From positions 1 to 54,638 of the IMG/VR virus record IMGVR_UViG_3300029817_000033: a DNA stretch of 54,638 nucleotides, one strand, 5' to 3'. Each line of letters begins with the position of its first letter. Position 1 is the stretch's first letter. This DNA comes from a virus (Duplodnaviria; Caudoviricetes). Positions 27,709 to 35,935 of this stretch are shown here, in pieces. Made by a program: the position numbers and the translations under genes. The notes beneath the pieces are model-generated. The model had not been told where the DNA came from. It did no database searches and saw only the letters and a list, made by a program, of their open reading frames with translations.

Positions 27709-29208
27709 CTAGCTCGTCATCTGCGGGATCTGCGTCGTCGCCGAGCTGGCGCTCGTGCGAGCGTGCCGTCCGGGGCGGTTGCGGACGAGCAGGTGGGTGA
27801 GCCCCCAGACCATCGCGTCGAGGCGGTTCGGCGACCACTTCGAGGCGTCCGGCTGGCCGGGGGGTATCCACGTGCATAGCTGCGACTCCAGGTCACCGAG
27901 CGAGCCGCAGATGGAGCACTTGTGTTGCTCCCAGAGGGTGACGACCGGGCCAGCTCTGGCAGCTTTGCCCTCGCGGGCGTTGACGGGGATGATGCGGACG
28001 CTCGCGCCGCCTGGGTTCTCCTCGCTGGCCGGGACCGAGCGGATGATGTCGATGGTCTCCTGGATCGGCGGGAGGTTGCGCTCGGCGATGACGGCGAAGG
28101 CGTGCTCGGCCCAGTAGGCGTCGACGACGATCTTGGCCCACTCGGAGCGCCTCGACTTCTTCGACAGGTCGTCGATGACGTAGCCCCGGCCGTCCCGACC
28201 GACGCCGCAGACGACGATCCCGGCCTCGCCGCCCATCGAGGGGTCCAGGGCGATGACCTTGCGGAGCATCGGAGGGAGCTTGAGCCGCTGGTGGAAGACA
28301 CCGGGCTCGTCCTCGTCCTCCACCATCTCCGTCTCTGTGACTCGGCGGTCCTCGCACATCGCCAGCGTCCAAAGGGCGCCCTCGATCTGCTGGACGATCT
28401 CGGCGTGTAGCTCCTGGCGCCCGAGCGTCGTGCCCTCGTACATCGAGAGGATCTCGTCTCGGAAGGTCGGCGCGAGGTTGCCGAGGTTCCGGTAGGTGGA
28501 GAAGCGCACCCAGGTGACGCGGGGGTTGTCGAGCAGGTAGGTGATGAGGGCGACCGGCTTCGGCGTCCCCGTCACGATGCACTGGGGGTGCTGGCCGATG
28601 CGGAGCGAGAGCATCAGGTTCGACCAGGTCGTGTCCTTCGTCGGCGTCAGGAAGGCGTCCTTGAACTCGGCGGGCTCGTCGACCCAGGCGTAGGAGTGGT
28701 TCGGCCCTCGGATCGAGCCGGGCTTCTCGCTGGAGAAGCCGGAGAACATCGCCCCGTTCGAGAAGTTGAACTCCATCTGGGAGCGGTTCCAGGCCGTCGA
28801 GACGCTGCCGCCTCGGAGCGCCGAGGGCGGGAGGATCGAGAGGAGCCCCGACTGGCCTTCGACCATGATGTCCCGGAAGTCGGCGATGACCGGGGCAACT
28901 CCGGCGATGCGCGCGCTCGGCGTCGTCCGGGCCCACTCGCTCACCTGCTCGGCGCCGGGTCGGGTCTTGCCAGCGCCTCGTCCACCGAGGAGGAACAGGA
29001 CCGTCCACAGGAAGCTGGGCGGGAGCTGCTCGCGCCGAGGGACGTGCCTGCCGTCGTCGCTGATGCCACCGAGCGTCTGAGCGAGCCAGCGAGCCCGGTG
29101 CGCCTCCCACTCGTCGCGCGCCTGGGCGAGCGCGTCACGGGCGAGCTGGCTGTACGCCTCCAGCTCGACTTTCGAGTAGCCGTCGAGCTTTGGTTGCCAC
29201 TCGGGCAC
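27709..29208 (-). CDS. Terminase large subunit
   Basis: Walker A GGRGAGKT, Walker B AWVDE, VTGTP, nuclease IALDP and SPNRLDAMVW. Confidence 0.95.
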   Translation of the reverse strand: MPEWQPKLDGYSKVELEAYSQLARDALAQARDEWEAHRARWLAQTLGGISDDGRHVPRREQLPPSFLWTVLFLLGGRGAGKTRPGAEQVSEWARTTPSARIAGVAPVIADFRDIMVEGQSGLLSILPPSALRGGSVSTAWNRSQMEFNFSNGAMFSGFSSEKPGSIRGPNHSYAWVDEPAEFKDAFLTPTKDTTWSNLMLSLRIGQHPQCIVTGTPKPVALITYLLDNPRVTWVRFSTYRNLGNLAPTFRDEILSMYEGTTLGRQELHAEIVQQIEGALWTLAMCEDRRVTETEMVEDEDEPGVFHQRLKLPPMLRKVIALDPSMGGEAGIVVCGVGRDGRGYVIDDLSKKSRRSEWAKIVVDAYWAEHAFAVIAERNLPPIQETIDIIRSVPASEENPGGASVRIIPVNAREGKAARAGPVVTLWEQHKCSICGSLGDLESQLCTWIPPGQPDASKWSPNRLDAMVWGLTHLLVRNRPGRHARTSASSATTQIPQMTS

Positions 29209-29433
29209 TCATCGGCCCTTGAAGCGTGTGGTGACCTCGTGGCGCACGCCGAGCGGCGCTCTCGCCGAGGGCGACTCGTAGGCGGCGAGCACTCGCTGGA
29301 CCATGCGCCGGAGCATCTCGGCCCTCGTGCATTGCCTCGATGTCGCGATGGCGTCGACGAGCTGGATCTCGTGGTCGGTCAGCCGGAGCCCGACGTTGCG
29401 GAGCGGGGCACCTTCTACGGCATGACGGGGCAT
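29209..29433 (-). CDS. Ribbon-helix-helix-like small protein
   Basis: VGLRLT...VDAIA....TRAEMLR pattern. Confidence 0.5.
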   Translation of the reverse strand: MPRHAVEGAPLRNVGLRLTDHEIQLVDAIATSRQCTRAEMLRRMVQRVLAAYESPSARAPLGVRHEVTTRFKGR

Positions 29434-29452
29434 GGCGTTACGTTAACACTTG

Positions 29453-29962
29453 CTAACCGTTCGGGTGGTCTCCGTTGCTTCGGGCGCCTTCGAGTATCGC
29501 CCGCGCCTCGGCCTCGACGGCTCCAGCGTCGGCAGCGTCCAGCCGGGCCAGGTGCTCTCGTACCTCTCGGTCGAAGTCCTCCCGGCTCTGCATCCGGTCG
29601 TCCCGCACATCGAGACGTAGCGGCGCATAGAGCCCGACCAGCTTCGAGACCTGGTCGGTGATCTTGAGCGCCATCGCTACAGCTCGGATGCGCTGCTCGA
29701 AGGTGATCGTCGTCGAGAGGGCGTCCTTCCAGACCGCCTCGTGCAGCTTGTCCAGCCTGACTAGGACTTCGGCCGAGAGGCGCTCGAAGGCGCCGAGCCG
29801 CTCTCGCTTCCAGTCGTCGCGGACCACCTTCATGTCGGCGAGAACCGTCGTGCGGTTGACGTGGAGCACCTCGGCCATCTGGTTCACCGTCGCCCCGGCG
29901 ATCATCGCGTGGGCGACCTTCCGGCGCCGCTCGTCTCGCTCTGCTGGCTTGGTCGGGTTCAT
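29453..29962 (-). CDS. Terminase small subunit (HTH)
   Basis: N-terminal HTH (GATVNQMAEVLHVNRTTV), KLVGLYAP; upstream of the large subunit. Confidence 0.75.
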   Translation of the reverse strand: MNPTKPAERDERRRKVAHAMIAGATVNQMAEVLHVNRTTVLADMKVVRDDWKRERLGAFERLSAEVLVRLDKLHEAVWKDALSTTITFEQRIRAVAMALKITDQVSKLVGLYAPLRLDVRDDRMQSREDFDREVREHLARLDAADAGAVEAEARAILEGARSNGDHPNG

Positions 29963-30030
29963 CTAGTCGGGTCCCAAGAGCGCATCGCTGCCACCATAGT
30001 CCTCGGCGCAGCGCGCGTCAGGGACGCAGC

Positions 30031-30174
30031 TCAGAGCGCCAGCAGCGCCCAGAGCACGGCAGCGAAGACGATCCAGCCGATCACGAGGATGAGGATGGCT
30101 GCCAGCAGCCCGGCCATGATGCGTCGGCGTCGGAGACTCCGGGCGATGCAGAGCTTGGAGCGGACGGCTGTCAC
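30031..30174 (-). CDS. Small membrane protein
   Basis: GGAGG RBS; 47 aa with a long hydrophobic C-terminus (manual translation). Confidence 0.5.
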   Translation of the reverse strand: MTAVRSKLCIARSLRRRRIMAGLLAAILILVIGWIVFAAVLWALLAL

Positions 30175-30190
30175 GAGCCCTCCTCCCAGC

Positions 30191-30382
30191 TCACGGCGTA
30201 GCCGGGGATGCCGAGACCGAAGTCGGGGTCGCCGGAGGCTGGCCGGCGGCGTATTCCCTCTCCAACTGGACGCGCGGCGGGTCGGGCATGAGCTGGGCGA
30301 GGACGTCGATGAGGTCGGCCTTGTGGGCAGCCATCTCGTCGGGGAGGATCAGGATGCCCGGTGAGGGCGCTGTGTCGGTCAT
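30191..30382 (-). CDS. Hypothetical protein
   Basis: ATGA coupling and GGAGG RBS. Confidence 0.55.
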   Translation of the reverse strand: MTDTAPSPGILILPDEMAAHKADLIDVLAQLMPDPPRVQLEREYAAGQPPATPTSVSASPATP

Positions 30383-30759
30383 CTCGGCGTCCTCCGTTCG
30401 AGCTGGCGGCCGACCTCGACGAGCCCGGCGACCAGCGAGTCGTTGAGCATGAGCCAGGCGAGGTCGTCGCTGTCGGTCGCCAGCGCTCGCTCGATGCGCC
30501 TCACTCGGGTCTCTGGCTGCTCCAGCTCCTTGACGCGCTCCTCGGCCGCCTCGGCTCGCCGAAGCATCCGACGCGCCAAAGCGAGCCGGTTGGGGGCGAC
30601 GGTGTTCTCCCAGTAGTCCAGCCGCTCCAGCAGCTCGTCGAACCACTTCTGGAGCTGCGGGGCGTCCTTCGAGAGGTCGCAGGGGAGGCCGGGGCATTGG
30701 TAGCGAAGCATCCGGCGCCCCTGCTCCTTGATCGTGGAGATGGGGGTGGGCGCCCTCAT
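30379..30759 (-). CDS. Hypothetical coiled-coil protein
   Basis: ATGA coupling at both ends. Confidence 0.6.
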   Translation of the reverse strand: MRAPTPISTIKEQGRRMLRYQCPGLPCDLSKDAPQLQKWFDELLERLDYWENTVAPNRLALARRMLRRAEAAEERVKELEQPETRVRRIERALATDSDDLAWLMLNDSLVAGLVEVGRQLERRTPR

Positions 30760-30986
30760 CGGAACTCCCACCAGCGCCGGAGCGCCCAGCGCAAGCGCGC
30801 TAGGCGTGGCTTCGGGTAGTCGAAGACGACCCAGGGCGGGACGTCGTAGCCTCGACAGATCTGGAGCTGGGCGTCTCGGCGCTCGCGCTCGTCCTCGATG
30901 ACGTAGGCCGTCGCCCGGCAGAGGTCGCCGGCCGTCGCCCGGCAGAGGTCGCCGGTCGTGGCTCGGAGGCGCTCGTCGTCATCCAT
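30756..30986 (-). CDS. Hypothetical protein with internal 24-bp tandem duplication
   Basis: GDLCRATA twice; DNA repeat at 30906-30953. Confidence 0.55.
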   Translation of the reverse strand: MDDDERLRATTGDLCRATAGDLCRATAYVIEDERERRDAQLQICRGYDVPPWVVFDYPKPRLARLRWALRRWWEFR

Positions 30987-31239
30987 CTCTCTCCCTCGCT
31001 TCCAGTAGGAGGCGGCGGCGCTCAGCAGCCGCCTCGGGGGTCTGTCTGTTCACGCTCTCGTAGTAGGCCCGTCGAACCGCCTCGTCTCGGGCGTAGCCAT
31101 CCAGCTCGTCCAGCGCCTCGCGCACGGCGAAGCCGATGAACTCCTCAAGCGTGCAGCCGAGAACCTGGCACGCCAGGCCGAGCCGCCGACGGGTCTCGAC
31201 GTCGAGGAGGATCTGCCGATCGGGCTTCGCTCGCGCCAT
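30979..31239 (-). CDS. Small DNA-binding-like protein
   Basis: RHH-like pattern; TGATG coupling. Confidence 0.5.
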   Translation of the reverse strand: MARAKPDRQILLDVETRRRLGLACQVLGCTLEEFIGFAVREALDELDGYARDEAVRRAYYESVNRQTPEAAAERRRLLLEARERDG

Positions 31240-31328
31240 CAGAAGTAGGGCGAGCGCGCCCACGCCCGGATCGCGACCCAGGCGCCGATGAAGGCGACGA
31301 CGAGCCCGGCCAGCTCCAGCCACTTCAT
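31239..31328 (-). CDS. 29-aa hydrophobic micropeptide (MKWLELAGLVV...)
   Basis: Start/stop overlaps on both sides. Confidence 0.5.
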   Translation of the reverse strand: MKWLELAGLVVAFIGAWVAIRAWARSPYF

Positions 31329-31402
31329 GACCGGCCTCGCCAAGCCACGACCGACGTCGAGACGGCGATCCAGACCAACAGGGCGATCGTGAGCCACTTC
31401 AT
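31325..31402 (-). CDS. 25-aa hydrophobic micropeptide (MKWLTIALLV...)
   Basis: ATGA overlaps on both sides. Confidence 0.5.
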   Translation of the reverse strand: MKWLTIALLVWIAVSTSVVAWRGRS

Positions 31403-31653
31403 GCCGCACCGAGCTTCCGGCCGTGGATCTCGCAGAACTGCGAGTCCGAGTAGCCCGAGACGTACCGGATCGTCCGCTCCCAGACGGCTCGCTCGGGGCA
31501 GCGGCGCTCGGAGCCGACGACGCGGTAGCAGCAGCGGGCCGGGTGGCCGTTGAAGTGGACCCCCGTCTCGTAGCGCCTCCAGGTCGTCGACAGGACGCGG
31601 GGACCCTCGCGAGTGCCTCTGCCCAGGGGGAGGGGGCGATTCCTGTGCGTCAT
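31399..31653 (-). CDS. Cys-containing hypothetical protein
   Basis: Coupled ORF with C...C...CxxH. Confidence 0.55.
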   Translation of the reverse strand: MTHRNRPLPLGRGTREGPRVLSTTWRRYETGVHFNGHPARCCYRVVGSERRCPERAVWERTIRYVSGYSDSQFCEIHGRKLGAA

Positions 31654-32048
31654 GATAATGCCTCGGTGTGCTCAGCGACCGCCCCCGTCTCGCAGTCGGC
31701 CTCATGCTCCCCAACCAGCCCGCACTCGTCGCAGGACGTCGTATCCCGGATGAACGGACGCACGTAGGGCGCCAGAAGCTCCCGCGCCCAGTCCGGCAGA
31801 CTATCTCGACGCTGGGCGAGAACCCCGACCAGATCCCGGGCCCCGTCCGTTGTTCGGACCCACCCAGCCTGGAGCATCTCCCTTTCGTCGAACGTCTCGA
31901 CGGTGACTCCATCTGGAGCGTCGATCACGAGGACATTGAACGTCTCGGCGATCCCCTGGAGAGCCTCGGACGGCCAAGTCCCGGCTCCGAGGCCTCGGAG
32001 CACGAGGACAGAGCGCAGCGGCGTGATCCGCCCGTCTTCGATCTTCAT
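31650..32048 (-). CDS. Hypothetical protein with C-terminal CxxC...H...C
   Basis: Coupled ORF with GGAGG RBS. Confidence 0.6.
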   Translation of the reverse strand: MKIEDGRITPLRSVLVLRGLGAGTWPSEALQGIAETFNVLVIDAPDGVTVETFDEREMLQAGWVRTTDGARDLVGVLAQRRDSLPDWARELLAPYVRPFIRDTTSCDECGLVGEHEADCETGAVAEHTEALS

Positions 32049-32224
32049 GGCGTCGCCTCCAGGTGGGTGAGGCAGACGTGCATCCCGTCCTTCATGCCGA
32101 CGACGGGCTCGTTGCAGCGCGTCCAGCAGCCCAGCCCGCCGAAGTGATCGCCGGGGCGAGGGATGGACGCCTCGCAGTAAGAGTTCGGCTCCGGCACCGG
32201 GAGCTCTGGCAGCTCCCCGGTCAT
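32045..32224 (-). CDS. Small Cys-rich protein
   Basis: Coupled ORF. Confidence 0.5.
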   Translation of the reverse strand: MTGELPELPVPEPNSYCEASIPRPGDHFGGLGCWTRCNEPVVGMKDGMHVCLTHLEATP

Positions 32225-32547
32225 GAGTGCATCGCCTCCAGGTCGATCTCCGGGAGCTGCGCCTGCTCCCGTGACTCGTGGCGAAGGGCAGCCGCCAGCT
32301 TCTCTCCGACGCCCGGCTCCTCCTCGATCTCGCGCGGCTCCTCGTCGAGCGAGACGACCCGACTCGACATCACCGTGAGGGTCCGTATTGGCTTGTCGCC
32401 GCGCGTGACCTCGGTGACGACGGTCTTTCGGGGCCCGACATCGACCGTGACCTTCCGGCCAGCCTTCCGGGCTTCCACGATCGTCTCTCTCGTGAGCCCA
32501 CCGCCGACGTCGACGATGACTGTGACCTTGTCTCCCAGCATTCGCAT
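32221..32547 (-). CDS. Hypothetical protein
   Basis: GGAAGGAG RBS. Confidence 0.6.
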   Translation of the reverse strand: MRMLGDKVTVIVDVGGGLTRETIVEARKAGRKVTVDVGPRKTVVTEVTRGDKPIRTLTVMSSRVVSLDEEPREIEEEPGVGEKLAAALRHESREQAQLPEIDLEAMHS

Positions 32548-32663
32548 CTCCTTCCGTAGCTGCGTTGACGCTCGGGTACGGCTCTAGGCGCCGCCCCCGC
32601 TGCTGCTCATCTCGCAACACCCTTCGACTCGACAGGCGCAGCTACGAGCGGCGCACGATCGAG

Positions 32664-33053
32664 TCACGACGAGACCCTCCGAAGGTCGATCAGCCAGCCG
32701 TCCTCCTGGCGCTTGAGCGCCTGGAAGACTTCGAGCACGTTCCCGCGTCGGTCGACCAGGATGGTCCGGTCCCACTCCGAGCGCGGCCAGCTCTCGACGA
32801 CCTTCGCGACGTTCGCCACAACAGGGGCCTTCGCCCCGAAGTCGTAGAGCCGAGCGACCAGCCAGGCGGCGCGCGCCTGCGCTGGCGTCCAGCGCCGGAC
32901 CGAGCCGGAGCCGGTGGCGGCGACCTTCGGCTGGACAACGCCGCAGCGGTCCCAGTAGTCGAGCTGTCGGAACGAGACTCCCGCTCGGATGACAACGTCG
33001 TCCGTCGAGAGGGTCGGCTCGTGGTCTTCGTCGACTTCGGCGATCTCTTCCAC
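32664..33053 (-). CDS. MerR-family HTH regulator
   Basis: AGVSFRQLDYWDR.GVVQP...GSGSVRRW; GTG 7 nt after TAACGT. Confidence 0.85.
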   Translation of the reverse strand: MEEIAEVDEDHEPTLSTDDVVIRAGVSFRQLDYWDRCGVVQPKVAATGSGSVRRWTPAQARAAWLVARLYDFGAKAPVVANVAKVVESWPRSEWDRTILVDRRGNVLEVFQALKRQEDGWLIDLRRVSS

Positions 33054-33101
33054 GCCAGCCACGTTAGCAGCTAGCGCGCTAGGTGGCGAGGATCTCTAGA
33101 C

Positions 33102-33146
33102 GCGGCGACGCCCCGGTGACCCGAGGAGGTCGAGCCGGGGCGCCGC
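33102..33146 (-). terminator. GC-rich hairpin, possible terminator
   Basis: cgccccgg...ccggggcg inverted repeat downstream of the 33171 stop; no clear U-tract. Confidence 0.4.
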
Positions 33147-33170
33147 TGTCAGGGCTTCTCCGAGGGCAGT

Positions 33171-33467
33171 CTACCCGAGCATCAACTCCTGACAGGTGTA
33201 GAGCCCCGAGAGCAGCCGAGGGATGACGTAGTCGCCCAGAGTCCAGCCAGCAGCGTCCCGGCCGGAGATGACGACGAGGCCAGCTTGGTCGACTCCGATC
33301 ACGGAGTAGTTGCCGGGCAGGTAGGCCGCCACCTTCTCGACGCTCACGTCGTGCGCCGGGCCGACGACAGCTCGGCGAACGAGCCGGTCGCAGGAGGGGC
33401 AGCGGTTGTGGGAGATGACGTCATCGTGGATGCCACAGTGGACCTCCAGGGCGAGAGCGGAGGTCAC
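33171..33467 (-). CDS. Hypothetical phage protein
   Basis: GTGA coupling; G.D.AGWTL..YVIPRL.SG motif. Confidence 0.65.
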   Translation of the reverse strand: MTSALALEVHCGIHDDVISHNRCPSCDRLVRRAVVGPAHDVSVEKVAAYLPGNYSVIGVDQAGLVVISGRDAAGWTLGDYVIPRLLSGLYTCQELMLG

Positions 33468-34711
33468 GCCGCCACCGCGATGTCCAGGGCCTTCATGGCT
33501 GCCAGTTCGAGGTCGTAGGCGACGTCCGGGTTGCTCACCGTCTGGGCAAAGCTCGTGACGGCCTGCATGACGCCACCGGCCGTGACCTGCCCTCCGGCGA
33601 TGAAGTGAGCCAGCACGCCCTCGCGCTGCTCGTCGGTGAAGCTGAGCTGCTTCGAGACGATCTCGATGACCTGGGCCGGGTTCTCGATCCGCTTCGATGC
33701 CTTCGCCTCGATCTTCGAGAGCGCCTTCTCGACGTACTCGGGGTCCAGGAACGCCTTGACGGCATCGCGCGCCTGGGCGGTGACGAGAGCGAGCGCCTTC
33801 TGTTGCGTGTCGGTGCTCCAGTCGACGATCCCGTGCTCCAGCTTGCCCGCAAGGTGGATGCGCTCGAAGGCGTCGGCCTCGATCATCACTCCGTTCGCGC
33901 AAGCCAGGAGCAGGAAGCGCGGGCCGAGCGAGAACGCCGAGCCGCCCGTCTCTCCGTTGGTGAGGACGAGGCCAGCGCAGACGCCGTTCGAGTCGACGCC
34001 GTAGCGGTCCTGGAGCGCCTGCGGGAGCTGGCCGGGTGCGTAGAAGCCGGAGCTGTTGCCCTCGTGGTGGTAGACCCCCTCGCCTCCGAAGGGCGAGCGA
34101 TAGTTGGCGAGGAGCTGCGGCGAGTTGCGGAAGATCTCCGGGGCGGCGAGGTTCACCCGCATGCGCGTCTCGGTGAGGTCGCAGCCGAGGACTTCGACCT
34201 GGGTGCCGGTCTCGTAGATGCCAGCGAGCGCGGCCGTGAGCACGTCGAAGTTCTCGATGATCATGTACCGGTCCGAGAGCACCGCTCGGAGGACGCCGCG
34301 CTCTCCAGGGTCACCCTGGAAGCAGCGAGCCATGACGGTGCGCTTGTCGGGCTCAGCGAAGTAGGTCGGGGCGATGCTCCCGTCCTCCTGCTCTGCCGCT
34401 CCCGAGACTAGGCCGTGTATCCAGCCGTTGACGTTCTCGTCGTAGAGGTCGGGGCGCTCTGCTCGCATCCGGCGCAGATACTTGACGGGGATACCGAGCT
34501 TGTCTGCCAGGTGGCCGTCGGCGATCGCCGTCGGGGTGAACTCAGCTCCGGCGTCGTCGAAGACCGACGTCCCGGCGACGGAGAACGTGCCCCCGCGCGA
34601 CCGGAGACCGGTGATCGGTCCGACGATGTCGAGCTTCGCCGCCTGCTGCTCCTTGAGGATGCGAGCGAGGCCGGCCATGTTCGTGTTGCGTGCTTCGAGT
34701 TGGACTGTCAT
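33464..34711 (-). CDS. DUF932-family protein
   Basis: RAVLSDRY..IEN and LTNGETG...CANG...IH motifs; extended RBS. Confidence 0.8.
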   Translation of the reverse strand: MTVQLEARNTNMAGLARILKEQQAAKLDIVGPITGLRSRGGTFSVAGTSVFDDAGAEFTPTAIADGHLADKLGIPVKYLRRMRAERPDLYDENVNGWIHGLVSGAAEQEDGSIAPTYFAEPDKRTVMARCFQGDPGERGVLRAVLSDRYMIIENFDVLTAALAGIYETGTQVEVLGCDLTETRMRVNLAAPEIFRNSPQLLANYRSPFGGEGVYHHEGNSSGFYAPGQLPQALQDRYGVDSNGVCAGLVLTNGETGGSAFSLGPRFLLLACANGVMIEADAFERIHLAGKLEHGIVDWSTDTQQKALALVTAQARDAVKAFLDPEYVEKALSKIEAKASKRIENPAQVIEIVSKQLSFTDEQREGVLAHFIAGGQVTAGGVMQAVTSFAQTVSNPDVAYDLELAAMKALDIAVAA

Positions 34712-34790
34712 TGCCTCTCCTTCCAAGCGTCGGCGGGAGTGCCGACACGGATCGAGACGAACCGAAGCTCGTCTCTCACCGTGTCGAAGC

Positions 34791-35252
34791 TCACGACTTC
34801 CTGGCTTCGGCTTCTTGCGCGTGGATGCAGGTCGACGTGCAGCGCTCCGAGGGCTGGTGATAGATCGCTTCGAGTTCGGCGTGGATCTCTCGACGTCGAT
34901 CGACGACGCCCGAGACTCGACGGTCGGAGCGCTCGCCTCGCATCGGGTCAGCGAACGGGCCGTGGCGGTGCCACCACAGGCCTTCTCGGACTCGACGGTC
35001 GCCCTTGCGACGAGCGCGCGCCCAGGGGCGACGACGCTCGCGCCTCTGCGGATCGGCGTCCGGCCAGACGATCCACTGCTCGCCCGTGACGGTGTTCGTG
35101 ATCATCGAGGGCAGGCGGCCTTCCCCAGCGTAGAGAAGCGCTCGCTCTCGCGCCTCCTCGAAGGTCTCGACGAGCGTCTGGCGGAAGCACGAGTAGCTCG
35201 TGACCTTGAAGGGGTGAGTGGAGTCGGGGTTCGCCGAGTCGAGCACCCTCAC
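34791..35252 (-). CDS. Hypothetical protein
   Basis: GTGA coupling at both ends. Confidence 0.5.
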   Translation of the reverse strand: MRVLDSANPDSTHPFKVTSYSCFRQTLVETFEEARERALLYAGEGRLPSMITNTVTGEQWIVWPDADPQRRERRRPWARARRKGDRRVREGLWWHRHGPFADPMRGERSDRRVSGVVDRRREIHAELEAIYHQPSERCTSTCIHAQEAEARKS

Positions 35253-35542
35253 GACTTCGCCCAAGCCTTGCGGACGTTCTTGAACTGGTGGACGAGCACC
35301 CAGACGATGAGGGCCAGAGCGGCGATGATGCCGACCGGCCCGTAGGGCGACACGGCGGCTGCTACGCCCGTGACGACGAGGACGATAGAGATGGCTCGAA
35401 TGGTCGCCGCCACGGCGCCAGGCGCTCGTGTGGGCGGCTGTGGAGCAGCCGTAGGGCGAACGCCCTGGGCTGCGAGCAGTTCGTGCCCTCGGGCGACGAG
35501 CTGGGCTCTCCGCTGAGCAGAGGCTGGGTCGATGGCGGTCAT
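35249..35542 (-). CDS. Two-helix membrane protein
   Basis: Two hydrophobic segments; ATGA coupling. Confidence 0.65.
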   Translation of the reverse strand: MTAIDPASAQRRAQLVARGHELLAAQGVRPTAAPQPPTRAPGAVAATIRAISIVLVVTGVAAAVSPYGPVGIIAALALIVWVLVHQFKNVRKAWAKS

Positions 35543-35898
35543 GACTGGACCTTGCAGTCTCCCGGGTGCCACGCCTGCAAGCAGAAGAGGCACGGAGCCG
35601 GTTGGGGGTCGATGTAGCCTCGCTCGATCGGCGGGGTCTCGTAGACGGTGAGCCCGTTGACCTTCTTGCCCTTCGAGTTGATGACCGAGACGACCTCGAA
35701 GCGGCGCTGGATGCCGTCGCGCTCGCGGTCGACGATGCGCCGAGCGATCGTCCAGCCCTGCTTGAGGGGCAGGTAGGGGATGAACGCCGTCGTGGCTGCA
35801 TCGAGCGAAGGGAACAGCTTGTGCTCGATGTTGACCGGCGTGTGGATCGTGTAGCACCGGAGCCGCTGGCTCTCGGTGAGGGTGGCGGTTGGTTCCAT
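35539..35898 (-). CDS. Hypothetical protein with C-terminal CxxC..H..C
   Basis: Extended RBS CTTGGAAGGAGA. Confidence 0.65.
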   Translation of the reverse strand: MEPTATLTESQRLRCYTIHTPVNIEHKLFPSLDAATTAFIPYLPLKQGWTIARRIVDRERDGIQRRFEVVSVINSKGKKVNGLTVYETPPIERGYIDPQPAPCLFCLQAWHPGDCKVQS

Positions 35899-35935
35899 GT
35901 CTCTCCTTCCAAGTGGGTGCTAGTGGACTTTAGCT

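Noticed and set aside
30906-30953. 24-bp tandem repeat as a regulatory element
   Set aside because: Simple in-frame duplication within a small ORF; not seen elsewhere.
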